This document shows, in pieces, positions 26,701 through 40,272 of a stretch of 64,000 nt of DNA (position 1 is the first letter of the stretch; each line of letters opens with the position of its first letter). The notes beneath the pieces are model-generated. The model had not been told where the DNA came from, made no database searches, and saw only the letters and a program-made list of their open reading frames with translations. The stretch covers positions 70,680,001 to 70,744,000 of the forward strand of contig CM060732.1 of assembly GCA_030704615.1 (NCBI GenBank), in the 5' to 3' direction. Origin of the DNA: Takakia lepidozioides (Eukaryota; Plantae; Bryophyta). Both the position numbers and the translations under genes were made by a program.

Positions 26701-29700
26701 ATGATTGTATGTGTGTGACTCTTAAGGTCTGGGCACTGTTAAGAGCAAAGACCTAACCCTTAGGCATTTTTGGGTTCAAACCTTTGGATTAAGTTCACGC
26801 TCAGATGCAGGCTCCCGTCCATGCCAATAGTAGCTGCTAGGCACCTTTCCTGTTCAAAGTTTCCTGTGTCAGAAGGATACCACATAAAGCTCCCAGAATC
26901 ACTTTCTAATAGACAGTAGCAATTACAATCAGGACACAAGAAACAGTGACCAGAAGGAGAGTGGGTTACCAATCTGAGTAGTGTTAAACCAGTGAAACCA
27001 GGCTTCAAGCCGGGGGAATACTCTCTCCAGAAAGGCCCAGTCGTCTGGATTTGGATTTGGCTGCCCTACCAAACGATCATGTTCATAGGATGTGGCAAGT
27101 TCTGCACCCATCCTTCCTATCAATAATGGTACAGTTTTCAATAAAGACACGCAAAACAAGATATCTGTACTCACTGTAATGCTTGGCACTCACAGATGCT
27201 GAAGCCTTGCAGTCTTGGACACCACCAGATGAAACTCCACCACAAGAGGAATGTCAAAATTGTGTTGGGAACACTCAACTGAATATAAATGTACTCATAA
27301 GACATTGTTTGCCATAGCCTTGTGGCACATGACTGAATATAATCGGTTGCTAAGCTCTGATAGTTTCCTACTACAATCTAGTGGTAGTAATTGAGCATGG
27401 CCATAAGGACCACTTGGAAATGAGGGATATGAAGAAAGAGCAAGGGGGAAGAGGGACATGGAATTACTGCGTAGAACCAGAAAAAGAGCAGGAGGGTTGG
27501 CATTGCTGGTATGCTGTAGTACAAACTCATCAGGGACTTTGCTGCACCCATCCAATGACCCTTTCAATCACACAGCATTCTTTGGACACCCACAAGTACA
27601 CATAATGCAAAGGTGGCTCTAACTTTGGTAAGATACAGTAGTTTGCTGCTTATTGATCACACCTGCTTACGTCAAGACCAAACTCACGGTAATAGCATTC
27701 AAAGAACACACAGCTCTTGTGACCAATTCGAGATGCAGCAGTCAATAGAACCAGCTATGCTGACAAACAACCAGGTGGCTTGCACTGGTCTCTTAAATCT
27801 GCCGACTGACATCAGATCAGGTAGAAGGGAGAGCCACCCGGCGAAAATACCTGCGGGCCTCCTCTCCAAGAATCTGCTCGCGAGGAATCCAGCCATCGAT
27901 GTTCATAAGGTCTAGCCAGTGGGCAACAATCTCTTTGCTCATATTCCGATCCCATTGACTGCATGTGTCAGACCAATAAGCATTAAGTTGCTACCTAGCC
28001 AGACCAAACTCCTTATATTAGCTCCCTCTCCTGCTGACCCTTACTATGTGATCGTTCTCACAGAATATTCCTAAGGACTATTACACACACAATTCCATTG
28101 CTGGTGAAGCTACAGGGGAATTTTTATTCACTTCAATTAGTACTGTAGGATAAGTTATTGTTGCCCTGTTCCTCATGCACCTGATCAAAAGCTGATGAAA
28201 TCCCTCGTCCCAAAGAAAGCCACGTGGGAAGAAAGAGCGGCTAGGAACTGCTGTGTACAATGGAGCCTGCCAATAGTCCCAGTAGTCTCCACTTCTTGAA
28301 TTTGGTCCCTGCCAATATAAGCATGCAATGGACGCTTTTATAACTTAGCACAAAGGATATGAATAGTACTCTGAGACTTATTCACCTCTCCCTTCAGCCC
28401 TGTCAGGCTGCAGATTCCCCTACATCCATAAGTATTCTGACATAGAAGGGGAAAATTCGAGTCCTAAGCCACAATTAAGTCAGGCCAAACTCCCGCAGAC
28501 CAAAACCACACCCAATCTACCATGCCAAAGGGAAAAGAGATACTTACTTGAAGATTTCGGGGGACAGCTATACGAGACTGGCCATAGAAGTACCCAATAC
28601 CACCAAGCAAATTACTGAGTGCCACCCGGCCAACTTCAAACTCCCTTTCACCCTGCACCTGCGAGGTTCACACTGAAAAACTTAGGTTACTTTATAACAG
28701 GACAAAGATTACCATTTCCATCAAGAGAAAAATATGTACTCATTTGACTGCTCCTTGTGAACTGCCAAGTGCCCTTCGGAATGCCCATCCCGGAGAAGGG
28801 GATTCGACCGGGTATTGCCATGGTACTGATGCATTAAGGACAACAATTTACTTTTGGGGTTCATAGACATCCTGTTTGAAAGCATCAGTTCACTTCAGAA
28901 ATGCTAATATGCTCCTCCGCCTGTCACAGATAGGTAGATCGAGTAGATTGAAAAGAACAGATTCCCTGAACGCACTGGAGGAACATGACATTACCCTGTT
29001 CTTCAAATTGAATGTGGACTGAAAGCGCTTCTCAAACTTCTCTTCCTGCTCAGTCATTCTTTTCGTGAGTGCATAGCCTGCAAACAAGGTAGGTCATATT
29101 CTCACCATAGATACAAAGGAGCGACATACCACCAAGGGGACTTCGGGTAATTCAGTTCCACAAGCTACGAAGGAGAGTTGTTTGATCAACCTCATGCTCA
29201 GAGAGCCTGCATACACACACTTCTGGAAATAAGGTTTTCAGACTAGCACATATCCGCAGTGTACGTACAGCATGGAAGCTCTCATTTACGACTATAGACT
29301 AGGTATCGGCTGGGAGCACGGTGAATACAGCCTGTAGTGGCCCTGAGCCGCGGGGGCGGCGAGGCCTGCTACAGGCCGTATTCACCGTGCTCCAGCCCGA
29401 TACCCAACATCACCGTCAAATGGAAGAGCGACACATTGTCCTGCTATGGGTTCGAGCACCACTGCTCTCAACGAATGAGAGTGTGACACATCAGCAGAAG
29501 CTCTACATTTGCTGGTTATGAAGACTTGAATGCAGTGGGAGAATACCAGAAAGGTTTTCAACGCGCTTCTTCACATGACTATTTGTGGCCTGTGTGCCTG
29601 ATACAAACACACAATCAAGCTCCATGGGTGCCTCCCCTGTTATCTGTTCACAAGAGATTGGTGAAGTGCTAAGATTGAGAGACCACCCACAAGGACGTCT

Positions 29701-32700
29701 TAGGACCACCTCCATTGATATTTTATCGCAAGCTACCAATGACCCACAGGTGTGCAACTGAAGATAGTTTGGAATAAGCTCAGACACTTGAACCATACCT
29801 GGAAAACTGCGATGTTTGCTGACTTCTCAGCACCATCCGGGAGTTGTAACCGCCCACTTGTTCTTGCCTGTCATTCCCATATACGATTCAACCGACACCC
29901 AGAGTTCAGACCCTACGAGGTTGACTCGATCTTGAGCTTCCAAGTGCCAGCTTGGGCAGGCCCTCTAGGTAGTCATTGAGTTGAAGAGGCTGAGACAAAA
30001 GAAAGAAAGGAAGAAAGACAACAACTTCATAGCATCCAAAGGGAAGGCCCCAATTTGGACAATGTAGATGAACAAGAAACCCACATCAAACTACACCAAA
30101 TATGGCATCGTGCCTCATGTAAGCTGCTAGACACTTTGCGTCCTCAAAGCTGAAGACCTTTTCCAAAGACCAGGAGTTTCCAAGGAGACAATAACAACTC
30201 TCTTGGATCAAATAGTACGTAGGACAGGAGAAAAGAATACAGACAGGACAGATCCTAACCTTAGGGTGTGTGCCAGTACAATGCCTCATCTCAACCCACA
30301 AAGTGTGAGAAGTAACTCTGAAGGCGCCCAAGGCCTTTAGAGGACCGAGGACACAGGTGGATGGGAAGGACCAGATGCTGTTAAGCAAAATGATGCTTGT
30401 GAAGAATACCTCATGTTCAAGTGGGAGGTGTCACACTCGGCCTGCAGTATTCGAAGTCATAAGACATTGTTTGCCATGGCCTTCTGGCCATAGACCCCGC
30501 ACCCAGTTTGGGCTGAACAGTACATCAAGGAGAGAATGTACTCATACCACGTTTGCCGTAGCCCTGTGGCCATAGACCCCGAACCATTTCGGCAGAACAA
30601 AAGGGACCAGAAACAACCTTCGTGAGGGGCTCATTCCGGTCATGTGACATACCTTGGTATAAACAACTAGTTCGGGCTTTCCAATATCCTCTAGAAAGCC
30701 GTTCACACAAGCATCAATCTGCTGTGTGTGGGCAGCCCAAAAGGTCGACCCCGACAGGGCCAGGGCTTTAGGCTCAGCTTCAAGATTTGAAAGTTGGTGA
30801 ACAGAGGTGCCGGGACAATGTTCTTGATCGTCCTGAAGAGGGTCACTCTCTGGTGAGAATATCTAGGACCATGTATCAGAAAATAATAGTGTCTTCAGGC
30901 TGCCCGCACATCAGAAAATTACAATCTCCTCTTCTTCTCTGCATCTGTTTATTGTTCAAAGGTAAGCTTCCTGCCCTGAGTTTAAATGTCAACCTTGTGC
31001 CGAGGATAGGAGACCCTTGACATCATCCTTAAGGTACTCGCCCATGTCACAGACTGGAAACAAGTTCTCTTCAGCTTTCCAGATATCCACACAGCAGTCC
31101 CAATAATAGAGCACAGGGGTTTGCACTAATTTTTCAACAGAACTCGTAGCCTTGTGTAAAGCAAGACATGCTGTTAGGCTACTTTGGGCAGGTGCTGGTC
31201 TTCTGCTTCTTCAAGATGTAGGTTATACTTCTTACCAAGTAGCAAGCATTGTTGAGCTCATACAGCAGCAAGTTGTTCAGCCAAGGATACATGTGTGTAT
31301 ATGTATCAAGTACATGTCCAATACAGCAAGCACTCAGTCTTTACCCCACAACCTCTTGCCCTAGCAGCAGATCCCATAGCCAAAAAATGAAGAGGCCTCA
31401 GCTGGTCCTATCACATCAAAGAAACACAGCACGGAATGGCAAGCTTAAACCCCTTCAAGCTTGTTGTCAATGTACTTAATTGGTGCAACTCCTAACTATT
31501 AAAAGCCATAGAAATAGGTAGGTCGCGAGTATGTACTCGTAAGACGTTTGCCGTAGCACTGTGGCGAACCTGCCCCCAGTTTGGGCAGAACAAGAGGACA
31601 CTACCTTTGTGACAGGCTCACTCCAGAAGTGGAACTTACCTTGATATAAACAATTTGTTTGGGCTTTCTATAAAGCCCTTCAGTCAAGTACCCATCTGCT
31701 GTGTGTGATCTGCCCAGCACTTGGTCAGGGCTTTAAGCTCAGCCACGGGATTTTGAAAGGTGGTGAACAGAGATGCAGGGCCTATGTTCTTGAGCAGATC
31801 TCTCTCTGATGAGAATACCCTGGACATTGTATCAGGAAAGGATATCGTCTGGAGGCCACCTGCACATCGGGCGTGTACAATCACCCTTTCCTCTCTGCAT
31901 CTATTTATTGTGCAAAGATAGGCTCCACGCCCCGAGTTTAAATTTCAGTCGATCACCGAGGGTAGGTAGGCCCTTCAGGCCATCCTTAAGGTGCTCGCCC
32001 TTGTCACAGACCGACAAGTTCAGGGAAGTTTACTGCCTAACCTCATTTTGTAGGACATTCTTTGTGCTTCCGACATGGCCTTAGACACTTCAGCCTCCAA
32101 CTCAGCTTCATCTAGCATGGTCAGTTCTTCCTGCCTAACATTCATTTCCTTGAAAATCTCTTCTGCCCTTGTCTGCCAGGACTTGGCCTGTTTAACAGGA
32201 TGGTTCCTCTTCCAAGAAATAGAGTCGATCATCTTAAGGTATTTGGTATATCAACCGACCCCACCATCTGACCTAAATGAAATGATACTTTACAACGTCT
32301 TTGAGCTTTTGGGGCAGGAGAAGGCATGAAGGAAGAAAGAGAGAGGGCCTTCTACAAGTAGTACAAAATGAGAGAGATAATGTACTCATAAGACGTTGTA
32401 GCCTCGTGGCCATTGACCCCGCGCTCAGTTTGAGCGGAACACAAAGGGACAGAAACTACCTTTGTCAGGGGCTGACACCGGTAGTATGACTTACCATGGA
32501 GAAGACAATTGATCCGAGTTTTCCAGATATCCTCTAGAAATCCCTTTACACAAGCATCAATCTGCTGTGTGGTTTGCCCAATAACTAGGCCCCAAAAGGG
32601 CCTGGGCTTTTGGCTCAGCCTCGAGACTTTCAAAGTTGTAGAGAGTTAGAGAGAGAGTTAGAGAGAGACACAGAGAGAAGCCAAGGGAAGGATTCTCTGC

Positions 32701-35700
32701 CACCTTTTGCCATACTTCAAAAGGTACAGTCTCAGCCCTCAGCAGCCATCTTGTGCATTTAGGGCGACATGAGGTGCCTGTACCTATTGTTAGGGTTTCC
32801 TTTTCTCTTGGGCTATTTCTCGAGTCCCTGGGCCTGCCAAGGTCAGTATTTATGGCTTGCCAAAGTTGCGTTTGAGGTTTTTGGTTCTGGGGTGTTGCTC
32901 GCCCACAAAAAGAAAAGGAGAGAGAAAGGGACACCTGAATCTCCAGGGCTTGCCACACCAATTGTGTCAAGTTATGGGTGTGTTGTCGGCGAAGTCCCAC
33001 AAAATTTACAGTTGCTCCTTTCTGCACCAATGATGAACCAAACTTGACAGATGACCACTGCTCCTATATGACAGTAGTCAGAGAATTCCTACAACCCAGA
33101 GACAGACTGCAAAGATATGAGTATTAATAGGGATTGATAAAGCCTTCGTACAAAGTATACAAGACCACACAAACAAGGTGAATATAGATAAGTTATGTCC
33201 AAAGTGATCGGAATGTAGGACTATCATGTCAGCAGTTAATGGTCAACAGTTGGATGACGCTGCTAACCAAGAAGCTCTAGGTCACCAGCGAGCACACCAT
33301 CCATTCACCTGGTCCTGCACCAAGTTTGAAATTGAAAAAGGAGGACTTCATCTCTACCACACACTAAAGCAGCAAGTTACAATTAGTCCACCAGGCCATG
33401 AAACACTGTTGACTCTTGTGCACATTGTAAAGTCTTCCATCTCCACTAAACAGTCTACTGAACTCTGCAAGAGGATAAAATCATGGGCAAGTCAGGACGT
33501 GAATGAGGCAAACTAATCCTGTTTTCACCTTTCCTTTGACATGAAGCTCCCAGCCTCCAATCTCTTTTGCTGAGCCCACTGCAAATGGCCCATCGTCCAT
33601 ATCTGTAGTGTGCTTTGGCCACAGCTTGATGGAACTCCCTTCCTCATCAGCAAGATAGAAAAACAGTGAGACTGGTTGCTTTGATTGCCGAGTCTCCTCA
33701 CTGCACGACCAAAATTTCTCTGCTTCCGAAGTTTAGCTCCTGAGTTAAGGTGTGGGTCCAAGAGTCAAGTGCATGTGACACCTGGGTAACTGACCACAAC
33801 CACTTCCCCCCCACCTTCCCTCTCTCTTCCTCCCTCCTCTCCCTGTCCTCTAGGAAGCCTATTGCCATTGGGTGGACTTGATACGGGAGTACATAAATAT
33901 CTCTGTGACTAAATGCTGGCATGCATTGGATTTAGTTGGAGAGTTTGGGGCCTTTCCCTCTTTAGAATATGCCTACGCGGACCATTCCCTGCAGCTCCCT
34001 GGAGTGTGATCTCTGAATGGTAACAAGCGGACCCCTACCGCTTGGGGGCAGTCGTATGCTCTGTCTAGCATACTCGGCACTTGGGCTAGGGTTGGTCCTT
34101 TTGCTTAAACTTATAGCCTGCGAAATCTACCAATCCATTACCTCTTATCAATAACAACACTCCCCAAGGTGATTCCTGGGAATTGGTTACTTATGCCAAA
34201 TCTAGGACTTCATGCGTAGTTTTTGGGGTGAATCCCAGGATGGACGATGTGTCCTTTAAAACTACATGCTCCTGCTTAGGCTTGGATTATATGGCTAATG
34301 GTTCCATTTCGAGACTTTTGAAGGTTGCAATGCCCAAAAATGCTACTAATAGAGTCTCACATCAATTCAATCTAGAAGAAGTCCGTCCTTGACTGGCTGG
34401 AGAGCGGTCTTAGACATTGGTGATTCAATGAGGCGCTCTAGGGAGACAACCAAGGGCAGGGACTTCAACTTAAGAGTTTCTAACCAGTTTGATGCTCTGG
34501 ATGAGGTTGATTCCAAGCAGTCAGACGGACAAACTGTCCGAAGTGCGCGGAGACCAATCCTTAAAGTTTACACAAGACGAGCAAAATCTACACACAGGGT
34601 AATTGTCCCCCTTTTGCAGAACGGTTGGCCGTCCAGGAGCAATCATAGGCTACCTAGACGACAAACAATTCACATGCAAAGGGCTGGCTTGCGGCTGGGC
34701 ACTTTCAATTTCGCAGGGCTGACTAACCAAAGGAAACAACTCGAAGTGGGACAAGTTCTTCGGGCAAATGACATTCATATCTGTGCTGGGCAAGAGACAT
34801 GGGAAACTCCGGACAAACTGGTTGGAGATGTCAATGGTAATAAGTGGATAGGTAGGATGTGCGATCTTAATGCAGCCTCTGCCAAATATGGTCAAAAAGG
34901 GGTTGGATTCTTTGTCCGTGATTTCTTGTGTGACAATTGTGAAATTATCAACAAGGGTTGCAGTATGAGCACAGTATTTGGCTAAAACTGAAACTGAAGG
35001 GCGGCATGAATACGAAGGACCTCTTCCTGGGTTGTGTTTACATGCCCACAGAGGGGACCCTTAGCTGACGCAGACAAAGCCTTCGAAGACGTAAAGCTGG
35101 ACTGTGCTAAGTTCCTCGCCAAAGGTCAGGTGGTCTTATTGGGTGACTTCAATGCCCGGGTGCGTAAAGGCCTTCAGCTTTTGACCTTGAATAATAGGTC
35201 AAAAGGAGACCAAGTGCAGTGGACTCGTGAGAAAGCCCAAACTGGGGAACGTTCCATTGTGGATTATATCATAATGGACAAAAATTTGTTTCCCCAGAGT
35301 GCCAGTGTGTTGATCGACAGAACTGATATTGGTACCTCTGACCACTTCCTGGTTTGGACTGAGATGAAAAGGTGTTTTCCCAACACCAAGAGATCTGTGA
35401 TACGTTCCATTCGGAAGTGGCGCATAGAAAATTCCATAATGAAGAGGTCAAGGCTGGTATGTCCAGGCCTTGCAAGAGGCTCTCCCTCATTTTGTCCACT
35501 CGCTCCAAGACCTTCAGTCTCGCTCTGGCAATGCAAGAAATGAAGTCGAAACAGCAGTGGATTCTTGGGAGAGTTTCGTCTCCTCTGTGGCAGACAAGAT
35601 CATTGGGAGGAAACCAAATGTCTGTGGTAGAGCTGTTAATTGGTGGACCAATGAGATTAAACCCAAGATAGCTGAGAGACGAGTCCTCTATAAAGAGTGC

Positions 35701-38700
35701 TGCAATTTGAAAACCAACAAAGAATTGTGGGCTAGGTACTACCAGATCTGCAAAGATATCAATCAGCTTGTAAGGTCCCAGAAGAAATTATACTGGGACA
35801 AGCTATACAGTGAAATAAACTCAAACCACCATGGTGGTAATGACAAAGACATTCTGGTTGGCCCTTCAACGTTTGTACAAGCCGGAAAACTGTCAGCAAG
35901 TACAAGCGCTGAAGACTACTAAGGGTGCAGTGGTGACTTCAACGGTTGACATTGTCAAAACCTTTGAAACCCACTACAGTATCCTTGGCAGAATTTCTAG
36001 GTCTAACAGTGAGGGGTCCTCTGAAGAATGGAAGGACACAGTTGGAAAAACTGTTCCTATGATTCAAGACAGCCCTGATGAACTGGAGTATATTTCAAAG
36101 GCTTACAACGCTCCCATTAGTTCTTCTGAGATTGTGGAAGCAATTGAGCATTTAAACGGATATAAAGCTGGTGGCATGGTCAACACGCTTATCAAGCACG
36201 GTGGCAATCCCATGATAGAGGCCCTAGTTCTTCTCTTTAACCTTATCTGGAGGACTGAGATGATCCCCTTTCGCTGGCGACAGGGGGTTGTCAATCTATA
36301 CAAGAAGGGTGACAAGGAAGAACCGGGGAACTACCGAGGCATCTCGCTCTTAATGCTGTTGGCAAGATATTTTGCAGAGTTACAAGAACTCGTCTCGAGG
36401 TTGATCTGGAATCAAGAGGTCGTTTCCACGAAGGCCAAGCTGGCTTTTGGCAAAACAGGGGCTGTATGGATCATATTTTCACTCTAAGCCAGATTATCCA
36501 GGGAAGGAGGGAAACCCACTTTTTTTCTCTTGGATGTCAATAAGGCTCATGACACACTGTGGAGAGACGGTCTATGGCTCCGCTTCTGGTCATGTGGGAT
36601 CAAGGGAAAGATGTGGAGAGTTGTCCATAACTTGTATGCTCACACCAAAAGTTGTGTCACTGTTAATGGACAGAAGTCTAACTTCTTTGACATAGACCAA
36701 GGTGTAGCTCAAGGATGTACCCTCTCCCCTCTGCTCTTCAAAGTTTTCATCAATCAACTCCTAGAGGATGTGGAAGGTGTGGGATTTGGGTTAAGAGTGG
36801 GTGATGCCATCATACCAGCCCTTATGTTTGCCGATGACTTCGCAGGCATAGGGGAGACTCCTTCCAACCTCCAGGAGTTGATTGATTGCGCGAAGAGACA
36901 CGTTGACCTTTGGGGGCTAGAGGCTAACGACAGTAAACGTGCAGTGGTGGCATTCAACGACCCAGGAGAGGAAGGAAGTGATTTCAAGTGGCAGTGGGGT
37001 AGCCAAGAGATTCCGGTCCTCCCTTCCTATACATACCTGGGCTTTGAGTTTTCCTCCAACTGTAACTGGGATGCGCATATTCAGAAAGTTGTTCAAACTG
37101 GCAAGCGCAAAGCGCTGGGTCTCACTAAATTTTTCCACTGCAGAGGGATCAACTCTGAGGTCAAGAAAACCATGCTTGTCGCGTTATTAGACCTGCCTTG
37201 GAGTACGCATCTGCAATATGGGTTAATAACTCCAACCAGGCTAAGTCTCTAGAATCCATTCAAGTGAAGGAGTGCATGTCAGCATGCTCCAAAACAGCCA
37301 ATGTGGCTGTTCGGTTGGCATCCCTCCCTTAAGCTCCCGACCAGATGAATTCAAGGTCAGATGGTGGGGTCAGCTGCAACACATCTCCAACATCAGATAT
37401 CCTAAGTTAATCGACTCTATATCTTGGAAACAGGATCGCCCTGTCAAACAGGCTAAGTCCTGGCAGAAGAGAGTAGAAGAGATTCTCAAAGATCTGAATC
37501 TTAATCCGCGAGTCTTGACCCTGCTGGATAAATCTGACTTAGAGGCATTAGTGTCCAAAGCCATGACTGTTGCCAGGAAATTGTCTGATGAAAATGAAGT
37601 TAGGCAGAAAACTTCCCTGAACTTGTTCCAGTCTGTGACATGGGGGAGGACATCATGGATGACCTCAAGAGTCTACCCACTCTCAGCACTAGACTGAAAC
37701 TCGGGGCGGGAAGCCTACCTTTGAACAGCAAACAGAAGCAGAGAGGAAAGGGAGAGTGCGATTGCCCGTTGTGTGGGCAACCTGACGACAATATTCATTT
37801 TCTGACTCACTGTCCGGGGTTCTCTCACCAGAGAGACACTCTCCTCAAATCTATCAAGGGAATTGTGCCTGTACCTCTGTTTACCAACTTTGAAAGTCTC
37901 GAGGCTGAGCCAAAAGCCCAGGCCCTTTTGGGGCCTAGTTATTGGGCAAACCACACACAGCAGATTGATGCTTGTGTGAAGGGATTTCTAGAGGATATCT
38001 GGAAAACCCGGATCAGTTGTTTATTTCAAGGTAAGTCTTACTACCGACATCAGCCCGACAAAGGTAGGTTCTGTCCCTTTGTGTTCCGCTCAAACTGGGC
38101 GCGGGGTCAATGGCCACAAGGCTACGGCAAACAACATCTTATGAGTACATTCTCTTCCTCCCTCATTCTTGTCCATAAAGTTTGACTAGCAATCACATGT
38201 AGTGCACTGGCCGTAGTCTGCCCTTTCATTTTACAGTGGGTGTTGAAGGGCAGGATACAATTTAGTATACCGCGGATGCAAGCTCTCAAATCAGCACTCA
38301 ATACCCTGTAATTGAATTGTTGCTGGTTGGACGTAAGCACTACAGAAATTTCCAGTCTACCCTCCTGGATTAAAACCCCAGAACCAACTCTGAAAGGCTA
38401 TGCATCCACCAAGGATTATACCATCAAGGATAGGTCATAGCCAAAGTCGCAGGGAACAGAAAATGAGTAGGCATTTCTCGTATCAGGCAATATCTTGTTC
38501 TTTCGTGCTGCTGTCTGGAAGAATGACCAAGCAGACAAGGTCGTAAGGGGTTCTGGCATACCTGTTTCCGGATGAAGGAGTTGATTCTACTTCTGCTTGA
38601 ATGCGAACTGCCCAGTCACCTCCATAGCCGCTGCCAGGCTCGCGGCTTTTGAAAAACAATGTAGTTATGTGGACCCCTTGATCCACTATTTCCTGGACCC

Positions 38701-39809
38701 TCATTCAAGAAAAGTTGAGTTGAACTATACATTAAGACAAACAAGAACAAAAGGACAGTTTTACTCCTTCCCTTGCCTTCAATTTCCTCTCTTATCTGGC
38801 AGGCATCGAGGTGCTGGCATTATTTATACCGACATTGGCATCAAAACGAGCGATGCACTGTTGGGTGTAAACCTCCAAAGCGTCACCACCTGTTGCAATG
38901 GCAAAGTAGTACAGCTTATGTACTCTCCTTTCTCAACACAAAGAGTGAGACAGAACAAGTTTGAAGAGGAAGAGGGCTGTGTTTCAAGTATCACATACCT
39001 GACGACCATACGAGGAGCCATCATGGCGGACCCATGCATATTGGCTAAGCCCATCAGATTCCTCACATGTATGCCTCAAAGCATAACGCCCTTCCTTTAC
39101 TCCTAGCCACATCAGCCCTGCTAGCAATGATTTTGGGGTTCTGCAACCAGTATTGATGTTGTTTTAAATTATGTAGTTGCAATATTTCACAAGTTGCCGC
39201 TGAAGATGGCTTTCTACTTTCTCTCTCTGCCAAAACCGTCATTAAGTTTCAACCAGTTCCAACTGTGAGTGACACTTGTATTTGAAAGAAAGTTTGGGTG
39301 CCTTTAGCTGGGAGGGTGCGTCACTGCCTCTAATGTTATAACAACAAAGTCTGCAAAGGGACATAACCTCACCTGGCCCGAATGCCTAAGTAAAGGCTTG
39401 AGCGATAAGTCCCCCAATACAAACGCTCCCTGTGTTCCGCTTGAAACTGCAGTTTTACCACCAAGTGAGAAAACAAATCGGCTCAGCTGCAACCTTCAAA
39501 CCACACTTGTTGAAGTAATCGGTTTCCTTAGACACGGCTTTGGGTTTGTCTGCGAGAAACAGATGAGAAATGTACTCATTGACCGATCAATGCTTCTATT
39601 GGAGGTGACGTACCCTCGAGCGCATAGTCCCCAAGGATGGAAGGTGCTCCTGGAGCCCAGGGTATGAATCTCAGCCCCCGATTGCTCTAGTGATCGCACG
39701 AAATCGCAAGCAATCCACTTTCAGGGATTTGCTGTTGCATGAAGGGCTGGAATTGACATCATACTTATATTATATTACTGATTACAGCACTCTACCTCAC
39801 CCATGTGGC

Positions 39810-39847
<38 letters not shown>

Positions 39848-40272
39848 GAAATTGAAAGGGGGTTTGGTGGAGAGAGCGATTGCATATGCCCTACCTGGGA
39901 CAAGTCAGTGACACGTTTCAGAGGCAATGGTGTCAGTGCCCTGGGGAGCTTGCTCTTGGAGGTTCCCCCTTCCTCTTTCATATACAGGAGCCACCCTGCT
40001 AACACAATGCACACTACGGCAAAACCCCCACAAATGAACATCCCATTTAAACCCCTGAACAGCCTGCCTTTCTTGCTACTTCTGATAGCTTTCGAAGGCC
40101 TTCGTGCCGGCTTCAGCCGAGGTGATGTAGAGCTCCCATCCAAATAGGATGCGGGATACTTTCCTTTGGAGATTTTCCGCTCTTGCAATGAGCCCTGCAT
40201 TTCGCCCGGATCCAAGAATTCCAAATTGCATGCACCCAAACCACGCGCATTACTTCTAGTTTCTGGTACCAT
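17788..40272 (-). CDS. GCS1: Mannosyl-oligosaccharide glucosidase (ER alpha-glucosidase I, GH63), 23 exons, 886 aa
   Basis: Exons: 40272-39895, 39446-39373, 39140-38999, 38692-38562, 33700-33529, 33021-32935, 29867-29799, 29643-29547, 29077-28995, 28658-28548, 28308-28181, 27958-27851, 27541-27468, 27101-26970, 26849-26782, 26232-26092, 25858-25808, 25486-25430, 24956-24804, 19318-19227, 18603-18494, 18140-18077, 17926-17788. All introns are GT-AG with compatible phases; total 2661 nt, no internal stops. Motifs: N-terminal TM anchor, [91 protein letters not shown]. Confidence 0.97.
19375..19840 (-). mobile_element. 5' region of LINE family A, preceded by a family-A 3'-end motif
   Basis: Reverse complement matches 33945-34310; GTCTTACGAGTACATTCTC at 19807-19825 (-). 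Confidence 0.7.
19864..20730 (-). mobile_element. 5'-truncated RTEX-like LINE family B
   Basis: C-terminal signature [15 protein letters not shown]...RLCPAC...[16 protein letters not shown]. The 3' UTR has an AAGCTC-TAT-GAGCTT stem-loop and a (CATTT)n tail. Confidence 0.8.
21480..24050 (+). mobile_element. Degenerate, internally deleted LINE family A copies
   Basis: APE ([16 protein letters not shown]) and RT ([25 protein letters not shown]) fragments colinear with 34500-38150; frameshifts throughout. Confidence 0.85.
23240..24487 (+). repeat. ~1.25-kb composite segment, inverted duplicate of 31074-32400
   Basis: Same order and junctions in both copies: LINE-A 3' motif, LINE-B tail, LINE-A 3' part, then a ~430-bp segment with no LINE match. 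ORF translations 24059-24313(-) and 31249-31479(+) are near-identical. Confidence 0.9.
29302..29404. repeat. Intronic hairpin / MITE-like inverted repeat
   Basis: 36-bp arms GGTATCGGCTGGGAGCACGGTGAATACAGCCTGTAG and CTACAGGCCGTATTCACCGTGCTCCAGCCCGATACC with a GC-rich spacer; weaker pairing extends to ~29277-29430. Confidence 0.8.
29990..31070 (-). mobile_element. LINE family B C-terminal fragment and LINE family A 3' fragments
   Basis: ORF 30086-30388 (FRVTSHTL...RICPVC...[12 protein letters not shown]); 30455-31070 matches the reverse complement of 37620-38150. Confidence 0.75.
31074..32640 (-). repeat. Inverted duplicate of 23240-24487 plus an extra LINE-A 3' segment
   Basis: Reverse-complement identity with 23240-24487, including a shared deletion junction before ATATACCAAATACC. 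Confidence 0.88.
33945..38155 (+). mobile_element. Near full-length RTEX-like LINE (family A): APE-RT-CCHC ORF, frameshifted; antisense within GCS1 intron 4
   Basis: APE: [36 protein letters not shown]: [39 protein letters not shown]-terminal CPLC...HFLTHCP. Confidence 0.92.
39813..39843. repeat. (AG)n microsatellite in GCS1 intron 1
   Basis: Perfect dinucleotide run. Confidence 0.95.

Noticed and set aside
33887-33943. GAGTACAT as TSD of the full-length LINE, and a ribozyme in its 5' hairpin
   Set aside because: GAGTACAT is part of the family 3' motif in all copies; an imperfect hairpin exists but I could not fit an HDV or hammerhead core.
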